Source: an uncultured Sphingomonadaceae bacterium
Lineage (GTDB): Bacteria; Pseudomonadota; Alphaproteobacteria; Sphingomonadales; Sphingomonadaceae
Reading direction: 5' to 3'
DNA length: 64,000 nucleotides
NCBI GenBank assembly: GCA_947499255.1
Contig: CANMNF010000002.1
Location: 72,430 to 136,429, forward strand
Below the pieces are notes generated by a model. It was not told where the DNA came from and did no database searches. It was given only the letters and a program-made list of their open reading frames with translations. The stretch's first letter is position 1. Each line of letters starts with the position of its first letter. The position numbers and the translations under genes are program-made. Positions 47,982-56,673 of the stretch are shown here, one piece after another.

Positions 47982-49757
47982 TCAGTGATTGCTCGCCTCG
48001 CCTGCACCGCGCGGAACGCGGATGGAATCAACCAGCTTGCGGATTTCCAGTGGCGGTCCTTTGGTGATGCTCGCCACGCCGATTGCGATGCCGAAATTGA
48101 TCAGCATCCCGATCACGCCAATACCTTCTGGTGAGATGCCAAACAGCCAGTTTTCCGCCACATTTGCCGCCGGGTTCGCCAGCTTGAAATAAGCGATATA
48201 AGCGAAGGTGAAGACCAGCCCGCTCACCATTCCGGCAATCGCGCCTTCGCGGTTCATGCGCTTGGAAAAGATGCCCATAAAGATCGCCGGAAACAAGCTC
48301 GCCGCCGCAAGGCCAAAAGCAAATGCGACCACTTGCGCCACCCAGCCGGGCGGATAAATGCCCAGATAACCGGCCACCACAATTGCCGCTGTTGCCGCTA
48401 ATCTTGCGGCCAATAGCTCGCCTTTCTCGGTGATTTTGGGGCGGAAGGTTTGCTTCAGCAAATCATGGCTGACCGATGAGGATATCACCAGCAACAGCCC
48501 TGCCGCGGTGGAAAGCGCCGCCGCCAATCCCCCCGCCGCGACCAGCGCGATTACCCAGCCGGGCAGCGCGGCAATCTCTGGATTGGCAAGCACCATGATA
48601 TCGCGATCAACATAGACTTCATTCTCGCTGTGTGTTGCCGCATTTTCCAGCAATCGTTCGCCCGATGCGCCAGTGCCGCTTTGGGCAAAGACGGGCGCGC
48701 CTTCAAACGCGTCGCCGGGGCGATATTGCATCACGCCATCATCGTTCTTGTCACGCCATGCGATCAGATCATTGGCCTCCCAATTCTTGAACCATGCAGG
48801 CGCCTCAGAATAGCTTTGCTCATTCACGCTATCGATGAAATTGAGCCGCGCGAACGCGCCAACAGCGGGCGCGGTGGTATAAAGCAGCGCGATAAAGACC
48901 AGCGCCCAGCCCGCCGATTTGCGCGCATCCGATGCTTTGGGCACTGTGAAAAAGCGCACGATCACATGTGGCAGGCCTGCTGTACCCACCATCAATGCAG
49001 CGGTGATGCAGAACACATCCACCATGGATCGCGAACCTTGCGTGTAAGGACCAAAGCCCAAATCAGTGAGCACCAGATCAAGCTTTTGCAGGACGAACAT
49101 CCCGCTCCCATCATCCACCGTGGAGCCTAACCCCAATTGCGGCACAGGATTGCCGGTGATGAGGAAGCTGATGAAAAACGCAGGCACCATATAGGCGAAG
49201 ATCAACACGCAATATTGCGCGACCTGCGTATAGGTGATGCCTTTCATGCCGCCCAAAACGGCATAGACAAAGACAATCCCCATCCCGATCACCACGCCCA
49301 GTGTTATCGGCACATCCAGGAAGCGCGAAAAGACAATACCAACCCCGCGCATTTGCCCGGCGATATAGGTAAAGCTGATAAAGATCAGACAGATAACGGC
49401 CACCACCCGCGCGGCTTTGGAATAATACCGTGTGCCTATGAAATCAGGCACGGTGAACTGGCCAAATTTGCGCAGATAAGGCGCCAACAGCAGAGCCAAC
49501 ATCACATAGCCGCCCGTCCAGCCCATCAAATACACGCTGCCATCATAGCCCAGAAATGCGATCAGCCCGGCCATCGAGATAAAGCTTGCAGCGCTCATCC
49601 AATCCGCCGCCGTCGCCATGCCATTGACCACCGGATTAACGCCGCCACCAGCAACGTAAAACTCCGCTGTCGATCCCGCCCGGCTCCAGATAGCGATGCC
49701 GATATACAGCGCAAAACTTGCGCCAACGAACAGGTAGATAAGGGTCTGTGTACTCAT
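47982..49757 (-). CDS. actP: cation/acetate symporter (SSS family) ActP-like
   Basis: 591 aa, about 14 TM. Preceded by a DUF4212 small subunit, as in actP-type loci. Convergent with acs. Confidence 0.88.
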   Translation of the reverse strand: MSTQTLIYLFVGASFALYIGIAIWSRAGSTAEFYVAGGGVNPVVNGMATAADWMSAASFISMAGLIAFLGYDGSVYLMGWTGGYVMLALLLAPYLRKFGQFTVPDFIGTRYYSKAARVVAVICLIFISFTYIAGQMRGVGIVFSRFLDVPITLGVVIGMGIVFVYAVLGGMKGITYTQVAQYCVLIFAYMVPAFFISFLITGNPVPQLGLGSTVDDGSGMFVLQKLDLVLTDLGFGPYTQGSRSMVDVFCITAALMVGTAGLPHVIVRFFTVPKASDARKSAGWALVFIALLYTTAPAVGAFARLNFIDSVNEQSYSEAPAWFKNWEANDLIAWRDKNDDGVMQYRPGDAFEGAPVFAQSGTGASGERLLENAATHSENEVYVDRDIMVLANPEIAALPGWVIALVAAGGLAAALSTAAGLLLVISSSVSHDLLKQTFRPKITEKGELLAARLAATAAIVVAGYLGIYPPGWVAQVVAFAFGLAAASLFPAIFMGIFSKRMNREGAIAGMVSGLVFTFAYIAYFKLANPAANVAENWLFGISPEGIGVIGMLINFGIAIGVASITKGPPLEIRKLVDSIRVPRGAGEASNH

Positions 49758-49769
49758 GCCAAACGCACC

Positions 49770-50075
49770 TTAATCATCCAGATCATATTTGCGTTCCAGC
49801 GCGCGCATCCGCCGCACATAGATCACAATCAGAACGATAAAGACGTAGATCGAGCCTTGCTGCGCGAACCAAAAGCCCAGCGGATATCCACCCAGCATAA
49901 ATTGATCGAGCCAGTCGCGAAACACGATGCCAGCACCAAAACTCACCGCGAACCAGATGCTCATCAAAATGCCAAGCAGGCGCAGATTGTCGTGCCAATA
50001 CGCGCTTTCATTGGCGGTGGTTTCTTCGCCTTGCGCGCTATCGTGTGATTGATTGTCCGGCGTATCAGCCATCAT
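49770..50075 (-). CDS. DUF4212 protein (solute symporter small subunit)
   Basis: YWHDNLRLL...GYPLGFWFAQQGSIYVFIVLIVIY is the DUF4212 signature. 12 bp upstream of actP. Confidence 0.85.
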   Translation of the reverse strand: MMADTPDNQSHDSAQGEETTANESAYWHDNLRLLGILMSIWFAVSFGAGIVFRDWLDQFMLGGYPLGFWFAQQGSIYVFIVLIVIYVRRMRALERKYDLDD

Positions 50076-50148
50076 ATCCCCCCAGTCGCGCCCCGCTTAC
50101 TGCAGAGTCGCAAGGGGTGCTAGCCCAGCTTACCGCGCGTGGCGAGGG

Positions 50149-50767
50149 TCAGGTGGCGCGCACACCTTGCGCGCTCAAACATTCGCGCACCCGCGCCAAA
50201 GCCGCGCCTGTAGGGTCTGGTTCATCCAACAAGGCGAAAGAGCCGCTGACGTGATAGCTGCAATGGCCGTGCACCGTGGCGATCAAAGAGCGGGCAAAGC
50301 GCGCCACATCAATGGCGCCGGGATCACTGGGATCAGGCAAAACAGCGCGCACTTCGGCCTCGACAATAGCGGTAAGCGCGCCGCCTAACGAGTGGCCGGT
50401 TAGAATGATGTTGTCACCGGCAAGAATGTTGCCCTCGCCCTTTAGGGACAATCCGCCAGTGGCAAGCTCATAAAACTCTGCAGCCAAAGGAACCTGGCTG
50501 CCGTCACCGAAGCCAAGAAACATGCTCCAGCCTCCGAACACGTCGTCAGCCAGAGCCACGACCTGCGTGAGATCAGTGATGTCAGCTGGGAAGTTGGTTC
50601 CTCGGTAGGATATGATGGTCTTAAAGTCGCCATCATCGTCCCAACTATATTTAATCGCATAGAAGCCATCTGCCTATGGCAGTAACACCATCAAGGTCTA
50701 CGTTTGCTCCATAGCCCTGATTGTAAGCATCCAATGCCAACAATGACAGAAAGACATCTTCATTCAC
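50149..50767 (-). pseudogene. class-3 lipase-like alpha/beta hydrolase, disrupted by a 1-nt frameshift (and possibly C-terminally short)
   Basis: GTG at 50767 with an AAGGAG RBS gives (M)NEDVFLSLLALDAYNQGYGANVDLDGVTAIGRW, then TAA at 50651. The +1 frame is open from 50673: ADGFYAIKYSWDDDGDFKTIISYRGT...ILTGHSLGGALTA (GxSxG). No signal peptide. Confidence 0.7.
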
Positions 50768-50778
50768 TTTTCAGCTCC

Positions 50779-51477
50779 TTACTTTCCATCTCGCAAGCCA
50801 ATGATCATCTTCCGAGTTGAAAGCGGAATTCTGCTCCAACCAGGATTCTCGATAATATTGGGATCGGTAAGCCAACGCAGCCGCTGCTCAATGCCAGTGG
50901 TCACTGGGTCATCCGTAATTTCGACAGTGATGCGCTTAAGGTGCACACCGTCTCCGAAAGTTGACTGCAAGTCTTCAGGATCGACGAGGCTCATGGTTTC
51001 GGGGGTGTCCAGATCATTGAACGCTGCAAGTATAGGGTATCCGGGCCTTGGTTTGCCTGCGACCGTTGGCGTGAGCCAAGCCGGCAACTCCACCACTCCG
51101 TCAATCAAGAGAGTATCGTCCAACTGCGCCTCAAACCGCTCCCCATCGACCCGAGGAGAAACGGCGTGAACAATCCTCTTTGCCCAGTCAGTGTCAGTCG
51201 TCGAATCCAACAGCGCAAACAGTGTCTTGCCATCTGACAAGTCTACACTGACAGCTTCGCCACGCGCACGGCGATTGATGCGTTTGCCAAACCCGGTTCC
51301 AGCCGAACGCCCCATCGACTGCTCGACCTCAATCACGCTCGATCCGCTGCGCAAGCCTTGGGGCGTCTCCACCTCGACTGACAGTCGATAGCGGTAGTCA
51401 GTCGCGAGGTCGGATTCCGAGCATGAGGCCGTGAATAAGCCGAGCGCTAGAAGGGGCAGAATGGATCGTCGGGACAT
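50779..51477 (-). CDS. lipoprotein of unknown function, translationally adjacent to the lipase gene
   Basis: ATG at 51477 with a GGAGG RBS. Lipobox LGLFTASC. 232 aa. No family recognised. Its 3' end contains the lipase RBS. Confidence 0.7.
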   Translation of the reverse strand: MSRRSILPLLALGLFTASCSESDLATDYRYRLSVEVETPQGLRSGSSVIEVEQSMGRSAGTGFGKRINRRARGEAVSVDLSDGKTLFALLDSTTDTDWAKRIVHAVSPRVDGERFEAQLDDTLLIDGVVELPAWLTPTVAGKPRPGYPILAAFNDLDTPETMSLVDPEDLQSTFGDGVHLKRITVEITDDPVTTGIEQRLRWLTDPNIIENPGWSRIPLSTRKMIIGLRDGK

Positions 51478-51625
51478 TGTTACCTCCACGTTTGATTGCC
51501 ACCGAACAACCAAGCGAACCCCATTAAAATTTCCTCAACAGGCAGAGGAAGTAGGTAAAATGACAAGATGCTCTTTTGAGAATATTCCTTGTCCCGCTGC
51601 ACTCTCATGCGCATTCATAACATAA

Positions 51626-52502
51626 GGCACGCTTCTGGATTTTTGGCGAAATGGCTGAGAGGGTTTTGGCAGACTAACGTGGCAGCTAGGTTGGATGGCT
51701 GCTAGTTCGGCTAAATGAGCCGCAAATCTAGAGCCAACCCGCCCAGTCCATTCAAACGCTTCAACTCTTCCCCTGAGGTGATCCGCCTTGTTGCGCTGAT
51801 GTATGTTCGATTTCAGCTCAGTCTGAGGAACGTGGAAGACCTGCTCTTTGAACGCCGGATAGACATCTGCCATGAGACTGTCCGCTTCTGGTGGAACCGC
51901 TTTGATGCCATGTTTGGCGCCGACATCCGACGCCAGCGGGTCTCCAGATTGAAAGGCTCCGCACACTGGCGGTGGCACCTCGACGAGTTCATTGTAAAAA
52001 TCAACGGTGAGACCCATTACCTTTGGCGCGGTGGATCACGAGGGTAAGATACTCGAGAGCTACGTCACGAAGAATCGGGACCAAACCGCAGCTTTGCGCT
52101 TCTTTAAAAAAGCGCTGAAGTGCCACGGTCGCCCGGTCGAAATTGTGACGGACGGCTTGCGATCTTACCGTGCCGCGATGGTTGAGGTTGGCTGTGAGGA
52201 TAGTCGCCAGATGGGTCGGTGGCTGAACAATCGGGTGGAGAATTCGCACCTTCCATTCCGACGAAGAGAGCGCGTCACGCAGCGATTTCGCAGGATGCAA
52301 TCACTGCAGAAATTCGCTTCCGTTCACGCCAACTTTCACAACCAGTTCGTTTCGCGGCCCTGCGGGTCGATGCCCAGCGCCACCTCGTAAATCGTCAGAC
52401 CTTTAAAGCCGCTCGCTCAGCCGCACTGGCCGAGTGGCAAAACCTCGCGGCCTGAGTTCTGAAAGACAAAGGGCGAATTGCGCGAAGTGGAGACGAGTTG
52501 CC
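51626..52502 (+). mobile_element. decayed IS6-family insertion sequence (about 877 bp)
   Basis: Transposase remnant inside. The candidate ends GGCACGCTTCTGGA... (51626) and ...TGGAGACGAGTTGCC (52502) are weakly inverted and both start GGCA. The length fits IS6 elements (about 0.8-0.9 kb). Boundaries are tentative. Confidence 0.55.
51715..52455 (+). pseudogene. IS6-family (IS26/IS6100-like) DDE transposase with at least two frame disruptions
   Basis: Three frames stitch together: FKRFNSSPEVIRLVALMYVRF...WHLDEFIVKINGETHYLWR | AVDHEGKILESYVTKNRDQTAALRFFKKALK...NNRVENSHLPFRRRER...KFASVHANFHNQF | QRHLVNRQTFKAARSAALAEWQNLAA. Breaks at about 52028 and about 52340-52365. Confidence 0.85.
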
Positions 52503-52585
52503 GTTGGACTGACAGCACTACGCGAGGAGTTTGCCTAGCGTCGCTGGCCCGGCCTCGCTAGGCTCTCCCCAACGGAGCAATCTTT

Positions 52586-52906
52586 ATGCGCTTGATACAA
52601 TTGAGCTTCCTGCCAGCCGCTCTCGCTTTGGCCGCCTGTGCCAGCTACGCTGATGACATGTCCGAGGATCCATATGAAGAACCCTTGGCGCGCGCCCCGC
52701 AAGGAGAATGTGATGCGGAATTGGTGCAAGATTTTGTCGGCCAGATGGTGAGCGTGGATTTGGGCGCGCAAATCATGGCGAAAAGCGGCGCGGCACGGCT
52801 GCGCTGGGGACCGCCCAATAGCGCGATGACGATGGATTATCGGCCCGACCGGGTGAATGTGTTTTACGATGACGCGCGTGTCACAGAACGGATCACTTGC
52901 GGTTGA
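52586..52906 (+). CDS. peptidase inhibitor I78 family lipoprotein
   Basis: Lipobox LALAAC. CDAELVQDFVGQ...MTMDYRPDRVNVFYDD...ITCG matches the I78 pattern. Confidence 0.8.
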   Translation: MRLIQLSFLPAALALAACASYADDMSEDPYEEPLARAPQGECDAELVQDFVGQMVSVDLGAQIMAKSGAARLRWGPPNSAMTMDYRPDRVNVFYDDARVTERITCG

Positions 52907-52946
52907 GGTATTGCGAGCAGGCCGCAGGCAAGTTAGCCGAGCGAAG

Positions 52947-53429
52947 ATGAGATTTGCTTTCCTTGGTTTTGCAGCGATTGCGGCGCTGACGCTTGCCGGG
53001 TGCACCCCTGAACCTGCCGAACCTGAACCTGCCGGGCCTGAACCTGCCGGGCCTGAACCTGCCGAGCCCGAACCTGCCGCTCCCGAACGCGCGGAGAGCA
53101 TGCAGCCACAGAAGCAGGCACAGAAGCAGGCGCATTCCAGCTCTGGCCCCATCCCCGCAGCTTTTCACGGCATTTGGGATAGCGCCGCGGGCGATTGCTC
53201 CGCGCAATCGGAAACGCGGGTTGAAATCACCGCCGATGCCATCCGTTTTTACGAATCGGTTGGCCGCGCCACGGCGTCTGAAATGATCGGATCCTCTGCC
53301 ACAGTGACACTGACCATGTCCGGCGAAGGGCAAAGCTGGGAGATCACCCCCACGCTCGACCTGCTGGATGATGGGGCGACATTGGCCTTGCGCGGCGAAC
53401 AAACCTTGCTGCGGCGGCTTTGCCAGTAA
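52947..53429 (+). CDS. lipoprotein with (PEPAx) pentapeptide tandem repeats and an unknown C-terminal domain
   Basis: ATG at 52947. Lipobox LTLAGC. TPEPAEPEPAGPEPAGPEPAEPEPAAPE linker. No family recognised for the C-terminal about 100 aa. Confidence 0.7.
   Translation: MRFAFLGFAAIAALTLAGCTPEPAEPEPAGPEPAGPEPAEPEPAAPERAESMQPQKQAQKQAHSSSGPIPAAFHGIWDSAAGDCSAQSETRVEITADAIRFYESVGRATASEMIGSSATVTLTMSGEGQSWEITPTLDLLDDGATLALRGEQTLLRRLCQ
53010..53088 (+). repeat. 15-bp tandem repeat x5.3 (GAACCTGCCGNNCCY) inside the lipoprotein gene
   Basis: Units start at 53010, 53025, 53040, 53055 and 53070. In-frame, encoding EPAxP. Confidence 0.9.
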
Positions 53430-54493
53430 TGGCCGAATTTTGCACATCTTTGCGCGGCCAGACCGCCACCATCACGCTGACCCGTCCGCGCGCGCTTCAT
53501 GCGTTGAGTGGGAACATGTGCACTGGCATCGCGCAAAGCTTGCTGGGTTGGCGCGATGATCCTGCAATCACGCGGGTCATTATCGATCATGATGCAGACA
53601 CGCGCGGTTTTTGCGCAGGCGGCGATGTCGCCAATGTGCGCAGCTCTGCAATGGAGGATGGCGGGGCGGCAGGCCGCGCGATCTTTATGGCGGAATACCG
53701 GCTCAACCACTTGCTTTTCACCTATCCAAAACCCGTGATCACTTTCATGGACGGGGTGACGATGGGTGGCGGCGTTGGCTTGTCGCTACCGGCCGCTTTC
53801 CGCATTGCGACCTCCAATACGCTGTTCGCGATGCCCGAAGGTGCGATTGGTCTGTTCCCCGATATTGGTGCTGGCTGGTATTTGCCGCATCTGCCGGGAA
53901 ATCTGGGCAAATTTCTTGCATTAACCGGCGCACGGCTGGATGGGGCGGAGTGTTTTTGGGCCGGCCTTGCCACGCATTATCTTGCCGACGATCAGTTGGA
54001 AGCGGCCAAAGCTGCTTTGCGCAGCAGCGGTGATGAACCCGCAGCCGTGCTTGCGAAATTCGCGGTCGATCCGCCCGAAGCGCGCCTTGCTGGCAATGCG
54101 GACAAGATCGCGCGGCTGTTTGCTGGCGACACGCTCGAAGCGATCATTGCAGACCTTGCCGCCGATGATGGCAAATGGGCGGCCAAGGAATTGCGCTCTG
54201 TCACTGCAAAATGTCCGACCAGCTCCAAAGTGGCATTGCGCCTTTTTGCCGAGGCGCCCTGCGTGCCTGACTTCGCCGCCGAGATGCGCCGCGAATATGC
54301 AATTGCGGCCAATATGCTGATGCGCCCTGACTTTATCGAAGGCGTCCGCGCGGTTCTGTTGGACAAGAACAAGGACAAGGACAATACCCCGCAATGGCAA
54401 CCAGCATCCCCCGGAGAGGTGACCGATGCCATGCTGGACGCGATCTTTGCCGACCTTCCTAAAGGCGAGGAATGGACGCCGCTAACGCGTTGA
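53429..54493 (+). CDS. enoyl-CoA hydratase/isomerase family protein (3-hydroxyisobutyryl-CoA hydrolase-like)
   Basis: ATG at 53429 overlaps the previous stop. FCAGGDV and FMDGVTMGGGVGLS crotonase motifs. About 355-aa length is typical of HIBCH. Confidence 0.85.
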   Translation: MAEFCTSLRGQTATITLTRPRALHALSGNMCTGIAQSLLGWRDDPAITRVIIDHDADTRGFCAGGDVANVRSSAMEDGGAAGRAIFMAEYRLNHLLFTYPKPVITFMDGVTMGGGVGLSLPAAFRIATSNTLFAMPEGAIGLFPDIGAGWYLPHLPGNLGKFLALTGARLDGAECFWAGLATHYLADDQLEAAKAALRSSGDEPAAVLAKFAVDPPEARLAGNADKIARLFAGDTLEAIIADLAADDGKWAAKELRSVTAKCPTSSKVALRLFAEAPCVPDFAAEMRREYAIAANMLMRPDFIEGVRAVLLDKNKDKDNTPQWQPASPGEVTDAMLDAIFADLPKGEEWTPLTR

Positions 54494-54582
54494 TACATCA
54501 CAAAGGCATTTACGTGCGACGCAATATGTTGCAGTGCACAATAAAGCAGCCACAAAGCAGCCGTAAATAAGGAATTGAAGAC

Positions 54583-55338
54583 ATGTTTGATGACATGGAC
54601 GACGCAGCTCTCGCAGCCCATCTGGCCGATCAAGCCGGACGCATTCTCTTGCAAGTGCGCGAAAGCGGCATGTTCGAAGGCAAAGCGCTGGGCAAAGCGG
54701 GTGACCAGACGGCCAACCAGTTTCTAATCCACGCTTTGCAAGCACAGCGCCCCGACGATGGCCTGCTGTCCGAAGAAAGCAAAGATACTGACGAGCGCCT
54801 TTCAAAATCACGCGTCTGGATCATCGATCCGGTGGATGGCACACGCGAATATGGTGAAGCGCGTTCGGACTGGGCGGTGCATGTCGCACTCACCATCGAT
54901 GGCAAGCCGGAAATCGGCGCGGTGGCTTTGCCCGGCCTTGATGGCGGCACCGTGCTGCGTTCTGATGCGCCCATCTCCATGCCCGATCCGGCAAAAATCC
55001 CGCGTCTTCTGGTCAGCCGCACGCGCCCTGCTGCCGAAGCGGTGGCCGTAGCTGAGAAAATCGGTGGAGAGCTTGTCGGCATGGGCAGCGCCGGGGCCAA
55101 AGCAATGGCCGTTGTGCGCGGCGAAGCAGAGATTTACCTGCATTCGGGCGGTCAGTTTGAATGGGATAGCTGCGCGCCGGCCGCCGTTGCCGCAGCCCAC
55201 GGCCTGCATTGTTCACGCATTGACGGCAGCCCCCTCATATACAACAATGCCGACACCTATATGCCAGACCTCCTCATCTGCCGCCCCGAATGGGCCGAGC
55301 GTGTGCTCGCCGAAGTGAAAGTGCTCCTCGCAGCATAA
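54583..55338 (+). CDS. cysQ: 3'(2'),5'-bisphosphate nucleotidase CysQ
   Basis: LSEES...WIIDPVDGTREY...WDSCAPAAV are inositol-monophosphatase-fold motifs of CysQ type. Confidence 0.88.
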   Translation: MFDDMDDAALAAHLADQAGRILLQVRESGMFEGKALGKAGDQTANQFLIHALQAQRPDDGLLSEESKDTDERLSKSRVWIIDPVDGTREYGEARSDWAVHVALTIDGKPEIGAVALPGLDGGTVLRSDAPISMPDPAKIPRLLVSRTRPAAEAVAVAEKIGGELVGMGSAGAKAMAVVRGEAEIYLHSGGQFEWDSCAPAAVAAAHGLHCSRIDGSPLIYNNADTYMPDLLICRPEWAERVLAEVKVLLAA

Positions 55339-55340
55339 GT

Positions 55341-56150
55341 ATGCTTGAGGGCATAGACCTCAGTTACGCCCTTGCCGGTGCATTTGTCAGCTTCCTTGTG
55401 GGGCTGACAGGTGTTGGCGGCGGGTCGATCATGTCGCCGATCCTGATCTTCTTTTTCGGTGTTCACCCCGCTCTCGCCGTGGGGACAGATTTGTGGTTTG
55501 CGGCCATCACCAAAGCGGTGGGCGGAGGCATGCATAACAAGCTTGGCTCTGTGGATTGGTATGTCGTGAGGCGGTTGGCGATGGGCAGCTTGCCCGCAGC
55601 TGTGCTCACGCTGTTATGGCTGTGGCTGTTTCAAGATGGCAAAATGGATGCCGGGCCTTTGATGAAACTGCTGGGCGCGGCTTTGTTGCTGACCAGTTTC
55701 ATGATGCTGGCCAAGCCCAAGATCCAGCCAGCTTTGGTGCAATTGCGCGGCAAAATGGGCGACTCCATGCGCCCTCGCCAACGCATATTCATCCTTGCAG
55801 GAGGTGCAGTGATCGGCGGATTGGTGACGCTGACATCGGTGGGCGCAGGCGCATTGGTCGCAGTGTTGCTGGCAACGGTTTATCCGCTGCGATTGGGCGC
55901 GAAGAAGATTGTCGGCACCGATATTGTCCATGCCGTACCGCTGACTTTGGTGGCAGGCATGGGACATTCGCTGCTGGGCAATGTGGATGTGTGGATGCTG
56001 GGCAGTCTGCTGATCGGGGCGATCCCAGGGATTATAGTGGGCGCGTTGGTTAGCGGTAAAGTGCCCGAAAGCTGGGTGCGTTATGCGCTGGCCGCCATGC
56101 TGTTTATCGCCTCAATCAAAATGCTGTTTCCCGGCCTGATCGCGGTTTAA
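55341..56150 (+). CDS. sulfite exporter TauE/SafE family membrane protein
   Basis: ATG at 55341, 3 nt after the cysQ stop. VGLTGVGGGSIMSPIL motif. About 8 TM. Confidence 0.85.
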   Translation: MLEGIDLSYALAGAFVSFLVGLTGVGGGSIMSPILIFFFGVHPALAVGTDLWFAAITKAVGGGMHNKLGSVDWYVVRRLAMGSLPAAVLTLLWLWLFQDGKMDAGPLMKLLGAALLLTSFMMLAKPKIQPALVQLRGKMGDSMRPRQRIFILAGGAVIGGLVTLTSVGAGALVAVLLATVYPLRLGAKKIVGTDIVHAVPLTLVAGMGHSLLGNVDVWMLGSLLIGAIPGIIVGALVSGKVPESWVRYALAAMLFIASIKMLFPGLIAV

Positions 56151-56181
56151 CCAAACGCTGCCCTTACCTGCACACACTGCA

Positions 56182-56673
56182 TCACTTTTTCAGCCGCGCT
56201 GCGATAGCTTCTGCGGCTGTGCTGACATCACGCCATGTCGCTGCAAAGCCATCATCTGCGCCATAATACGGGTCTGCCACCGCCTGTCCTTCGCGGCCCG
56301 ACACGCAATCCATCAACAACCGCACGCGGCCCTGCGATCCTGCAGGAGCCATGCTTTCCAGATTGGCCAGATTTTCCCGGTCGAGCGCAAAGATATAATC
56401 GAACCGGTCAAAATCCTCTGCCTCTACCTGCCGCGCGCGCAGATCAGAGATATCAACGCCATGCTGCAAAGCGGTGGCCTGCGCACGCTCATCCGGCGGA
56501 TTGCCGACATGCCAAGCCCCTGTGCCAGCGGAATCGACTTCCAGCTCCAGCGCCGTTAACCTGGCCGCAGCACGCATCGCGCCTTCCGCCATGGGAGAGC
56601 GGCAGATATTTCCAAGACACACGAACAAAATCGCGGGAGTTTTGTCAGGCAAGCCAAGGTCCCTGAATGGCAA
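56182..56673 (-). CDS. low-molecular-weight protein-tyrosine/arsenate-reductase-fold phosphatase (LMW-PTP)
   Basis: P-loop ILFVCLGNICRSPMAEG plus a DPYYG Asp loop. Only TTG starts are available (56673 or 56652). Overlaps the 3' end of the PhoX-like gene. Confidence 0.85.
   Translation of the reverse strand: MPFRDLGLPDKTPAILFVCLGNICRSPMAEGAMRAAARLTALELEVDSAGTGAWHVGNPPDERAQATALQHGVDISDLRARQVEAEDFDRFDYIFALDRENLANLESMAPAGSQGRVRLLMDCVSGREGQAVADPYYGADDGFAATWRDVSTAAEAIAARLKK

Noticed and set aside
49137-50048. 303-aa plus-strand ORF
   Set aside because: It is antisense to actP/DUF4212. Its His/Arg/Asp-rich composition is typical of the antisense frame of a membrane-protein gene.
51535-52017. 160-aa minus-strand ORF inside the IS element
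   Set aside because: It is antisense to the recognisable IS6 transposase frames.
53010-53088. Regularly spaced 15-bp repeats (CRISPR-like at a glance)
   Set aside because: The units are contiguous with no spacers, in-frame inside a lipoprotein gene (encoding EPAxP), and far shorter than CRISPR repeats. This is a coding tandem repeat.
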